From contig CM097883.1 of assembly GCA_044892505.1 (NCBI GenBank), positions 202,058,001-202,122,000 of the forward strand: 64,000 bases of DNA, written 5' to 3'. The DNA comes from Schmidtea nova (Eukaryota). Positions within the stretch are counted from its first letter, which is position 1; every line of letters begins with the position of its first letter. Below are positions 52,452 through 63,438 of this stretch, piece by piece. The translations under genes were made by a program, and so were the position numbers. Under the pieces are notes generated by a model. The model saw only the letters and a program-made list of their open reading frames with translations, was not told the DNA's origin and did not search any database.

Positions 52452-53075
52452 TTAACTTTGTTTATAAACCATGGCTCCTTCAGGGTTAAAAATATCAGTT
52501 CTAACGCGTAAATCATCACTGCATTGTTGAGTAAAATCAAGGAAAATATATCCATGAGGAGATTTTGTAGCATCTTGAAAGGCTTCAATCAAAAAGTTAC
52601 GATTAGAAGGATAAGCTTGTCTTGCCAGAAAATCAATAACTGTTGCATCTCTAGGATTTTTAAAAACAACAAGATATTGAACATTTAAATTACGAGTTCG
52701 ATGACTACCGCCCTGATGAAATAAATTCTGAGTTATAAAAATAACAGTAACACCTTTATGTCTACTGATTTTCGTAAATAAGTTATTGAAATCCTTTTCT
52801 TTATTTGCTTCTTGATACAAGTCGTCAATGATAATCACATCACCATGTTTTAATCTAGATGACCAGTTTTTATCGAAACCTTTAATGATTGTCATTTTTA
52901 TTTTACAAAACTGATCTTGTGTCATTCCACTTTCGTCGTCAGCACCCCTATGCCAATAAATATTATTAAATTTTGACTTGAATAATTTCGATTGCAATAA
53001 TTTACAAACAAATAAAGTTTTTCCACTCCCGCTCGGACCAACAATTTGAAACACTGCATCATTTCTTAATTCCAT
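52452..53075 (-). CDS. A32/FtsK-HerA-type DNA packaging ATPase
   Basis: Walker A GPSGSGKT, Walker B IIIDD, SRH..VTVIFITQNLF, FKNPRD. Confidence 0.95.
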   Translation of the reverse strand: MELRNDAVFQIVGPSGSGKTLFVCKLLQSKLFKSKFNNIYWHRGADDESGMTQDQFCKIKMTIIKGFDKNWSSRLKHGDVIIIDDLYQEANKEKDFNNLFTKISRHKGVTVIFITQNLFHQGGSHRTRNLNVQYLVVFKNPRDATVIDFLARQAYPSNRNFLIEAFQDATKSPHGYIFLDFTQQCSDDLRVRTDIFNPEGAMVYKQS

Positions 53076-53168
53076 ATTTAAAAATTATATTTTCTTAATA
53101 TTATTGTTTATATTTGTTTTAAATACCTGTTCTCAAAGTAATTATTTCATTTAAAAATATTTTCAGTA

Positions 53169-53636
53169 ATGATTAGAAACATTAATTACAAAGGTAAGAC
53201 AGATGTATCACACATGAAATTTCCAAATGGAAAACCTCAGCAAATTGTAGATCGAAGTGGAAAATACCCAATAATATACTTTAAATCAGGAAGATATAGA
53301 ATAATGGGATGCAGGGAATTTATTAGTGACGAACAAGTTGAGTTTTACGATTTAAAGATACAATCGATAACTGTAACTGCGGATTTAGGATTTATTTGTA
53401 ATTTGAATGAATTATCGAAATTAATACCATGTGTTTACGAGCCAGAATTATTTCCAGCTTTGAGATATATCAAATATAATCACATGTGTGTAAATATATT
53501 TGCAAGCGGGAAATTAGTCATATTAGGATTAAAAAACAAAGACTATAGTACTATAGTTGATGATATTATTTACGATATAAAATCAATTATAGAAGATAAA
53601 GCCTTTGTTGATTTCATACTAACATGTGACTCATGA
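53169..53636 (+). CDS. TATA-box-binding protein (TBP)-like protein, 155 aa
   Basis: YEPELFPAL and VNIFASGKLVILGLK (TBP repeat 2: YEPELFPGL, LLIFVSGKVVLTGAK); IIYFKSGRYRIMGCR (repeat 1: ALIFSSGKMVCTGAK); KIQSITVTADLGFICNLNELS. Confidence 0.85.
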   Translation: MIRNINYKGKTDVSHMKFPNGKPQQIVDRSGKYPIIYFKSGRYRIMGCREFISDEQVEFYDLKIQSITVTADLGFICNLNELSKLIPCVYEPELFPALRYIKYNHMCVNIFASGKLVILGLKNKDYSTIVDDIIYDIKSIIEDKAFVDFILTCDS

Positions 53637-53835
53637 CTGCAATATCGATGCATTAGAAATGCACGATTCTGATTGGCTCTGTGTGTATCGATAGAATAAA
53701 GACATGTTGTGCATGCTTCATTCTGATTGGTTCATTATGTGTGTTTCAAATCATGTGTGTGTGTTTCAAATCATGTGTGTTTCTTTGATATATATATATA
53801 CTATGAACAATCTCACTTAGTTTATATTCACAATT

Positions 53836-54498
53836 ATGTCGATGACCCAAACACTAATTAAAAGCCGTAAGGGTTTTAATTATTTATTTATTTAAATTAA
53901 TATTATTATTATTTTAGATAAATTAATGAACGTGTTATATCGAAAGCTGGAGGAACTGTTCCCGAACCTGATGCCGGCTCTGGTCTACACGGCTCCTGAG
54001 ATGTTCCCGTACAAGATAATGATCTTGACGGGAATCGATATTAATCAAATTGTGCTCGATCACATGACGAGCCAGAATACGGATCTTCCAAGGGTACCCG
54101 AGCACATTATCTGTGCGTACCAATGCGGGAGCTGCGTGGAACGCATTCGTCAATTTAATATTTGGGTTTTGCGAAACTCATTGAGATTATACGAAGTCCA
54201 GCAAATGGACAAAATCGATGAGGAAAAGGAAGATGATGAACAAGTCAAGGAAACATGGCCGAACTCGACTCCGGAACCGAATGATGATGAAGATGATCAA
54301 TCAAAAAATGATTGCTCAATGGAACATGCACCATCTCTAGATGGTCCGTATCCATCGAAATCACCTGATTGTTCAGAATCTCCACATTCACCCGATTGTG
54401 CCGAATGCCATCGACAGGCTGATGGTGGTGTTGTAGAAGAGGAAGAAGAAGAAGAAGAAGAAGAAGAAGAAAAAGAAAAAGAAAACGACGAACAATAA
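53836..54498 (+). CDS. Spliced hypothetical protein (exon 53836-53866, intron 53867-53917) with an HxxCxxxCxxC motif and acidic tail
   Basis: gtaagg...ttttag intron with an in-frame stop; same phase-1 intron in element B. Confidence 0.8.
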
Positions 54499-54996
54499 TT
54501 TGATTTGCATGTTTAATGTATTTAGTTTTGTCATTTTTGTTATTTTAGTAGAATAAAAGTTTTTTAATTATTTTAGTTTTTTATTCATTTTAGTTTTTAT
54601 TTTGTTTTCATTTATTTATATAAATAATAGTAATAGTTTTATTTTTTTTTTATTAAAACATTTTAAGTAGTAGTTTTTTAATTAACTGTATATAAAAGTT
54701 AAAAAAATTTTTATTTTTTTTTTATTAAATACTTTTCAGAAAGAAAGTAGTAGTAGTAGTATTATAAAATAAATAAGAACATTAGGAACAGAACCTATTC
54801 TGTGTTGGTTTTGATATGCAAAAAGCTTCATACTAAACATATACTAATTAATTAAACATGCACGCATACAACAAAGATATTGCAATACATGTGCATACTG
54901 TGTGCAAAACAAATGCATGAATATGATTGGACAAAGACATCCAGTCATCAGTATAAATACAAAGACATTTAATAAAATATTGTCACTATTTACAAC

Positions 54997-55413
54997 ATGC
55001 AATCACGAAAACAAAATCTAGATATAAGCGAAGAAAAAATATATCAGACTGAGGTAAAACCAGTTCAGATGTACTATGACAGCCGACTTTATTTTTTGGT
55101 TAATGAAATACCGTATCGATTATCATATCCGGTAAAGTTAACAAAATCTTTATATGACAGTCTTGCTGTAATTATTGCCAAGGAAGATATTATCGCATTA
55201 AATCGATTATTTTCAAAGATGAATGTTAATTTGACATGTAAAGAAACAATGTACATCAATAACAGAAAAACTCGGTTCCATGATGCTTTTCAAACTATTG
55301 ATTTCATGGATCAAGAACACTGGTTCGTTACAGTTATTATTCAAGGGTACAAGATTGATAAAAAAGATGTTGTTACTCCGATTTGGAGAGTTGACAATGC
55401 AAGATACGCATAA
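54997..55413 (+). CDS. 138-aa conserved hypothetical protein, possibly an OB-fold ssDNA-binding protein
   Basis: Intact ORF after CCAAT and TATAAA; decayed homolog at 57096-57508; beta-rich aromatic C-terminus. Confidence 0.7.
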   Translation: MQSRKQNLDISEEKIYQTEVKPVQMYYDSRLYFLVNEIPYRLSYPVKLTKSLYDSLAVIIAKEDIIALNRLFSKMNVNLTCKETMYINNRKTRFHDAFQTIDFMDQEHWFVTVIIQGYKIDKKDVVTPIWRVDNARYA

Positions 55414-55479
55414 TTGTTTTTTTTAATAAATATTTTAGTATGAACAAATTTAGTTTTTATATTAGTTTTTGTTTTTAAA

Positions 55480-56061
55480 ATGAAATTAATTATAGTTATT
55501 TTATTATTATGTGTTGACAATACTGAAGGAGAACAAGCTTTGGAAGATTGTCAATCATCTCATCCGTTTCGAAAACAAGATAGTACTTGCGCGAGTTATA
55601 ACGATATATGTCTTTACTCAAACATTGAATGCAATCAAATAAAATTACAATGTAATCAATGTCCTTCCAAAGATAATGTGATTAATAAAGATATTGAAAA
55701 AATGATTAACAAAATAATGATGAAAATAGTTGAACGATTAAAATGTATAAATCAAACTATTGTTAAAAAAGAATATGAAGTCAGATATCAAAATCAAACA
55801 GTTGAAAACGAAAAAACTGCAATTGTTTTACATTATATAAGTTTATTTATATTAATAATTATACTGATGTTATCGGCATCCATACGGCTGGAGAAGATTT
55901 CAAATATTCCAAAGAATAATATTCCGACAAATACTAGTATTCCGATGAATAATAATACAATGAATAATATTCCGATGAATAATATTCCGAGTAACAATTC
56001 AGATGTAAATAATTTTGAAACTAAATTTTGTACACGTACACAACGATATATTTATAAATAA
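55480..56061 (+). CDS. Predicted type I membrane glycoprotein
   Basis: Signal peptide MKLIIVILLLC; Cys-rich ectodomain; two NQT sequons; hydrophobic TM AIVLHYISLFILIIILMLSASI; NNIP-repeat tail. Confidence 0.75.
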   Translation: MKLIIVILLLCVDNTEGEQALEDCQSSHPFRKQDSTCASYNDICLYSNIECNQIKLQCNQCPSKDNVINKDIEKMINKIMMKIVERLKCINQTIVKKEYEVRYQNQTVENEKTAIVLHYISLFILIIILMLSASIRLEKISNIPKNNIPTNTSIPMNNNTMNNIPMNNIPSNNSDVNNFETKFCTRTQRYIYK

Positions 56062-57015
56062 ATTTTGTCTTTTTAATGTCTTTGTTTATGTGTTGCACGC
56101 ATGTGTCTTTGTTTAGTTTGCATGTGTATTGCAATGTCTTTGTTCATGTTGCATGTGTATTGCAATGTCTTTGTTCATGTTGCATGTGTATTGCAATGTC
56201 TTTGTTCATGTTGCACGCGTGTTGCAAAGTCCTTGCACGTGTGTTGCAATGTCTTTGTTAACTTGCACACGTGTTGCATTGTCTTTAGTTTGAAAAAATA
56301 ATAATTAAATGTAGCAGAACATTTAGTATCAGAACCCTGGAAGCAGAACATTGCGATCAGAACCCTGGAAGCAGAACCTCTTCTGTGATGGTTTTGAAGT
56401 GCAAAAGCTTCATACTTGACAAATAATAATTAATTAAACATGCACACATATAAAAAATGTCTTTGTTTAGTTTGCACACCTGTTGTAAATATTTTTGATT
56501 ACTCGAATTTTGTCTTTAAAAAAAAATTTGACTAAAAATAATTTATCTTAAAAAAAAAAAATTCGTCTTTAAAAATTAGTAAAAAAAAAATTTGGCCTAA
56601 AAAAAAAAATTTTTGAAAAAAAAATTTGTAAAAAAATTTTTGAAAAAAAAAAAAATTTGGCGCGAAAAAAATTTTTGAAAAAAAAAAATTTGGCGCGAAA
56701 AAAAATTTTTGAAAAAAAAATGTGGCGCGAAAAAAAATTTTTGAAAAAAAATTTGGCGCGAAAAAAATTTTTAAAAAAAAAATGTGGCGCGAAAAAAATT
56801 TTTGAAAAAAAATTTGGCGCGAAAAAAATTTTTGAAAAAAAAAATTATGACTCATCGATGACTCATCGATGACTCATCAAAAAAAAAAGTATGACTCATC
56901 GATGACTCATCGATGACTCATCGATGACTCATCGATGACTCATCGATGACTCTTTTTTTTCCGCCCACGCATGAGTCATAATGTCTTTGTTCCCGGCTCC
57001 ACACATCTACCTACT
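56029..57015 (-). repeat. Right terminal inverted repeat of element A
   Basis: Ends ...acacatctacctact, followed by the TSD gattca. Confidence 0.95.
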
Positions 57016-57095
57016 GATTCATTTTGATTGGACAAAGGCATTACTCATCACTATAAATACAAAGACATTTTTAAGATGTTGTCTCAATTTATAAA

Positions 57096-57508
57096 ATGCC
57101 AGCACCTAAATCAACTTATGACATCAGCGAAGAAAGAAAAATCAACAATGAAGTGAAACCAGTACAAATGTATTACGATTACCAAATTTATTTCTTGGTA
57201 CAAGAAATACCGCTTTGTTTGTAATATCCAGTGAAATTAACAAAGTCATTGTATAACCAGTTAGCTGCAAATCTAAGTAAAAAGATGTTGCAGCACTAAA
57301 TAAAGTTTTGAAAATCATAAACAATTTAAGTTGCAAGGAAACTATTTGGATTAACAACCGAAAAACTCGTTCCCATGATGATTTCAAATTTATCGAATAC
57401 AATGATCAAGAACATTGGTTCATTACCATAACCATTTAGGGATATAAAATCGATACTAAAGATGATATAACTCCTATTTGGAGAATTGACAGTGCGCGAT
57501 ATGCATAA
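57096..57508 (+). pseudogene. Element B copy of the 138-aa gene; element B resumes here after the element A insertion
   Basis: EVKPVQMYYD, DQEHWF and TPIWRIDSARYA*; frameshifts. Confidence 0.88.
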
Positions 57509-59084
57509 ATGTTATTTTATAAATGTTACTTAATAAAGTTTAGTATTTTCAATTTTAGTTTTTGATTGTTCAATTTTTTTATAAGTCTTTAAAAACTTTT
57601 TATATTTTATTATTAAGNNNNNNNNNNNNNNNNNNNNNNNNNNNNNNNNNNNNNNNNNNNNNNNNNNNNNNNNNNNNNNNNNNNNNNNNNNNNNNNNNNN
57701 NNNNNNNNNNNNNNNNNNNNNNNNNNNNNNNNNNNNNNNNNNNNNNNNNNNNNNNNGTTGTTTTTTTATTATTATTGCCATTATCATTATTCTTATTGTT
57801 AACGCCGTCATTATGATGGTGGGTGTCCTTGCGGACACCGGATAACCACCCTTTTTTACTTTTGCTTTGCTGTGGTCGACAATCTGGTTGAGGAAATATT
57901 ATAAAATAAAAATTCAAAAAATTATAAAATAAGAAATTAAAAATTTGAATTTAAAAATATAAATCAATCAGAAATTAGCAACATACCGAAATTCTAAAAC
58001 TAGAGAAATTAGAAAATCGATTAAAAAAGAATATTAACAGAAGATACAAGTAATTTGGAGAATCTTTTAAGAAATGCAACAACAGAATAATCAATGACAA
58101 ATAACTAAGGAAAAAAAGAAAAACAACTGAAATAAAATTAAAACCGAGAAATAAGAAAGAGTTGGGAATTAATAAACCAAGCAAATCAAAGCATCTACAA
58201 ATCTTCTAAGGACAAATTATACATTCAGGAATTGTAAAGTCTGTGATTAGAATTGTTAGTTTTTCAAAGTTTTCATTAAAATAAAATTTGTTATTACATA
58301 AATTTGTTATTGTTAATTGTTAATTATTATAAATTGTAACTTTCTAACAAACTCTAGCACGTACACATATGTTGGGTTATTATTCGGTTTAAGATCGGTT
58401 TACTGACCTGACTCCTCGTGTTCTTTAATTATCGAAATCAATGAACCCAACACAGAATAATTTATTTAACGATAACCACAAATTACAACTTCTGTTACGT
58501 ACACTCCTGACCAATTTGCGCTCTCTTCCGGATTCGGATTTGATTCTCTAGTTATAAAATATTTTCCTCACTTTGCCTCTTTCGAATTCCTCAATGTCTC
58601 TCTCTTTGTTAGTTTTCAGTAATTTTTAATACTTTCTGTTTTTAACTCTCAGTTCGTCGGCCCCTCCTCTGCTTTGCGTTGCCTTTCATAACTCTCGTAA
58701 ATAACAATTAAGTTTTATCGATAACTAAAAGTTACCCAATCTCAGGCTTAGTTGTTTTAATAACAAATTACTGTGATTGCATTCGGGTGGCTTTTCCTTA
58801 ATTGCCCTGCGCAATCTCCCGACTTTGATCTCTCGGGTCTCTACTGCGCTCGGGAATTTCTTCATCACTCGGGTTTCCCATTGCCTCGGGCTTCCCATTG
58901 CTTCGGGCTTCCCATTGAGCGATTAATTAATTTTAATTAGTTTGTTTTTACTTTAACTTTCTATAACTTTCTCTGGGGACCCCTTACTAAAATTTTGTTA
59001 TTATATTTAGCTTCGTCTTTTGATTTGGCATTCAACCATACCCATTTCCCCCGATGAATATTAATTTTAAATATTTGATAAATT

Positions 59085-62000
59085 TGGCTGAACACAGTAA
59101 GCCATATCCTTAAAAGAAACTCAATTTCTTACAACATAAACAAAAAACATACCAATAAAATAAAACAAATGGCATCGAACCAAAACCAATTTACCTCGAC
59201 CAACAATGAACAACCAAACCCAAAAGCACCAAATAAAAACGAGGAAAACACCCAATTACAAAGAGAAAATAGCCATTATTATTTTAACCCAGAAAACTCA
59301 CAAACAATTAACTCCATAATTAACCCCAAACCGAATTTACCAAATTATTTTACAGATGAAAATGGCACTCCACAAAAATGGCACTCCACAAAAATGGCAC
59401 TCCACAAAAATGGCACTCCACAAAAATGGCACTCCACAAAAATGGCACTCCACAAAAATGGCACTCCACAAAAATGGCTGGAATTTGCCAAACTCACAAT
59501 AACACTGTCAGGAATTAAATCCACAAAAACCATGTGCTCCAATATTATAGCCGCACTTCCCAGTAACAAATTAAATAAAATCGCTGACAAAATAGAAGAA
59601 ATTTCAAAGGATGACGACCCCTTTAACAAACTGTGCAACATTCTTACGAACATAAATAAAATAAACAGACACAAATGCTCGAATCTTGCGTCAACAACAC
59701 TCAGTTAGGTGACAATAAATCCACTGATTTCCTCAGAGAATTAAAACAAAAACTAGAATATTTGCAACCAAATATCACAAACTCCGGTTCAAATGAACTA
59801 GTTAAAGAATTATTTTTGCGAGCAATGCCACCAGAAATCAGGCGGATCTTTGCAGCCAGCAATAACGCTGATGCCGAAACACTTGCCGACATAGCGGATA
59901 AAATAAATTAAGAAATCTATCCGACTATATGCAGGACCCAAAACTACAACAAAAACAAAACAAACTACAATAATCAACCAAACAACAAATATAACGAGAC
60001 AAACGAAAACATGAACAAACTATTAAACACCCTAATCAGCAAATTCGACGAAATCATAGTCGAAAACAAACAAATTAAAGTGGAACTGGCCGAAATTAAA
60101 GTAAGATGCTACAGACAAAATAACAATTCAAATTCAATGTCTGAAAGATACAACAGACAAAACTACAACAGAGACCATTCACCAAATCAATATAACAAAA
60201 ACAGGTCAAACTCACCAGACAGATACAATAATTATCGGGACAAAAGTCCAGAAAAACAAACGAGAAACAATTTATTAAATGAAAATCATTGCTATTTTAA
60301 TAAAAAATTTGGTAAAAAGGCTTTTAAATGCACTAAGCCCTGCAACTTCCATAAAACGGAACAGGAAAACTAAAAATGTCACCGATGATAGCACATTTGG
60401 TGACAAAAATAATACATTCGTGGTGCACTCAAATAACACAGAATTCCTAATTGACACTGGTTCTGTGATATCCCTGCTACCCCATTACCTGCACAAAAAC
60501 TCAAAAAACGCAGAAAAACATTTAACCGCAGCCAATGGCACAAATATAAAAACATTTGGTGAACACACCCTAACTCTAACAATTAATTCAAAGAAATACA
60601 ACTGGACATTCATAATCGCTGATGTTCAATAATCAATAATAGAAGCTGACTTCCTGGCACACTACAACCTCACAGTAGACTGCCGAAATAATGCACTAAC
60701 GGAAATCACTAACGGAAAACACTAACGGAAAACACAAACAAAGAAACCATCAATCCATGGCGACAACCAATTCAAAAGTTGACATTGGTGTTATCCAAAG
60801 GGGTCCAACTAACAATAAATCAAAACAAAAACTGAATCATGGCCCAGAAATAAATACCCTACTGGAAAATTTCGAAAAACTCATCGAACCAGTAACCTTT
60901 GACAAAAACGCGGATCACTCAACCGAAAATGCAATTATAACAAATGGAAACCCAGTGTATGCAAAGGTGAGACAACCAGATCCACAAAAAACAAAAATTA
61001 CAAACGAAAGTTTCAAGGAGTTACTAGAAAAAAAATAGTAACTCACTCGAACTCAGATTGGTCCTCTGCACTCATGCTCAAACAAAAGGCAAACGGGGAA
61101 TGGAGAGCCTGTGGTGACTACCAAATGCTCAACAAAATCACAGAGCCACACAACTACCCATTGCCTATCATCAGAGACATAATAAACAGACTAAAAGGTG
61201 CAAGACTTTTCTCGAAAATAGATTTAGAAATGGCTTATCACGAAATACCCATCAGGAAAGAAGACATAAAAAACAGCAATCGTAACACCAATCGGCATGT
61301 TCGAATACAACAGAATGCCATTTGGTTTGCGAAACGCTGCTGCAACATTTCAACGCTTTATAAACAAGACTCTGAAAAATAATCAGAACACCATAGCATA
61401 TTTGGACGATATACTCATAGCAAGTATAAACAAAACTACTCATTTAAAAGACATCGAAAAGGTGTTTGAAAAGCTGAACTCAGCAAATCTCAAAATAAAC
61501 ATTCAAAAATGTGAAATTTTGAAAAAAGAAATAAATTTTCTTGGACACACACTAGATGAAAAAGGCACAAAGCCAATAGACAAGAAAATAAGCACAATAC
61601 AAGAGTTCAAACTGTCAAATACAAACATAGAACTGAGACGATTTTTGGGAATGGTAAACTTTTACCATTCTTACATCCCAAACTGCAGCGAACTGTTAGC
61701 CCCATTAAATGACTTGATTAAAACAAGAAGAAATATTAAAATAAACTGGACTGAAGAAAGAACCAAACAGTTTGAAAAAGCAAAAACAAGCTTTTCTCAA
61801 GCAACATAACTCGGATATCCAAATCCAGAACTAAACTACAACCTAGCAACATACTGTTCTGGATTTGCAATGGGCGCAACCTTATATCAAGATAACGATT
61901 ACGGCAAACAAACAATTGGGTTTTTCTCAAAAAAATTAAAAACTTATCAAACAAGGTATTCAACATTTGATCGAGGACTGTAGTGACACTTTGCATTCGT

Positions 62001-63182
62001 ATATTAAATTATTAAATTACAAAAACTAAAGGTTTTTTTTTGTAAAAAAATAAGTTGTTTTTTAAACAGTGAACAAAAAATTTGTTAATTTCAAATAAAG
62101 TTATTGACTCCATTATCAATTTGGTTTAATTTGATTTTACATGTCCTTTAGTCATTTTCACATTGATTGTCCTGTTTGCGGATTAAATGATAAAGAAATT
62201 CAATTTTATGGTTTCAGTTACTCGAAATGTGTAATTCGCAATCAAGATATTTCCAAGATTATTCTTGCGTCTTGTATAGAACCATTTGAAGCATTTGATC
62301 CAAATAATTTATTAGTTTACACTCAATATGAATTATTATTTGAAAATGTCGAGGCATAATTGTTTTTATAAAAAGCTGATAAAAATCAAATGTCCAAAAT
62401 GTAAAATGCCATACAATCCAGTAGAAGAATCGAACTCACAACATATGGATGTTCACAAAATGAGATATTGTGAATTGTGTTTGACATTTAATAAATGTCA
62501 CAATTTAATTGCACAATTAATTATATCGCTGTAGCCACAAATATTGTAGCATATACTCTGTCAAGAATAAACACAGACATAAATGCACTCAAATTCAGCG
62601 AACTAATCGAAAACGAACAAATCAAAAACAAGCAATCAGAAACCTTAAAGGAGCTCCCAACAAAACACAGCCTGAAACTAGAGAAAAGAAACGATCTCTG
62701 GTACGATGTCAGCAACGAAAACACACCAAGAATACTCTTACCAAAAGAGTTTAGGAAAATGTGTATTTCGAAAATACATGACATCAGTCATCCAGGAAGC
62801 AGAGCCACCTACGAAATAATCCACAACAAATACATATGGCCGAATATGAGAAAAGAGATCAAAGATTTCGTCAAAACATTTAAAAATTGCCAAATCAGCA
62901 AAATATCACAAAATCCAATAGACCATAAAGTAAACTTCCCGAGTAGCCAACCTTTTGAAACAATACACATTGATATAGTAGGACCATTGCATCCGAACAA
63001 AGAATACAAATACATACTAACAATTATAGACAGGAGAACAAACTGGTTCGAAATAATCAGATTAAAAGAAATATCTGCACAAAACATTTGTAGCAACATC
63101 GAGTTCAATTGGATAGCTCGCTACGGTCAACCAAAAATACTGATAACAGACCAAGGGAGACAGTTCAAATCAGAATTATTCA

Positions 63183-63183
<1 letters not shown>
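59085..63183 (+). mobile_element. Decayed Gypsy/Ty3 retrotransposon (gag-PR-RT-RNase H-integrase) inside element B
   Basis: FLIDTGS, WRACGDY, RMPFGLRNA, AYLDD, HDISHPG, IHIDIVGP, ITDQGRQF; truncated at a (TA)n tract. Confidence 0.92.
59358..59478 (+). repeat. 7 copies of a 16-bp tandem repeat (aaaaatggcactccac) inside gag
   Basis: Counted directly; the 6 extra units (96 nt) keep the frame. Confidence 0.9.
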
Positions 63184-63242
<59 letters not shown>

Positions 63243-63244
<2 letters not shown>

Positions 63245-63438
63245 AGGTTTGAAAAATTTGAAGGTTTTGCACCCTTTAAGGTTTGAGCATCCACCATAGA
63301 CCTTCGAAGGTATGACCATAATACTCACCCTTAAAATACCTTTCGAATGATATATATATATATATATAAATCTTTGAAGGTTTTTGACCCTTTGAAGGTT
63401 CAGGACCCTCCATAAACCTTCTAGAGTATGACCATTGT
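63243..63438 (-). repeat. Remnant of the element B right TIR (inverted 120-bp repeat units)
   Basis: gaaggttcaggaccctccataaacc...gtatgaccattgt is the reverse complement of ~26368-26414. Confidence 0.85.

Larger units (their letters stand above)
41829..57015. mobile_element. Polinton/Maverick element A (young, internally deleted)
   Basis: Termini AGTAGGTAG...CTACCTACT; 6-bp TSD GATTCA at 41823-41828 and 57016-57021; ~1 kb near-identical TIRs; intact pPolB, protease and ATPase. Confidence 0.97.
26200..63438. mobile_element. Polinton/Maverick element B (older, pseudogenised); carries nested Tc1, hAT, Penelope, LTR, Gypsy and Polinton A insertions
   Basis: Decayed gene set collinear with element A; the repeat block at 26340-27290 has an inverted counterpart at 63243-63438; true termini not seen. 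Confidence 0.85.

Noticed and set aside
22797-63183. Two same-family Gypsy copies in inverted orientation acting as ends of a composite element
   Set aside because: They are diverged and differently truncated; the right one lies inside element B, so they are independent insertions
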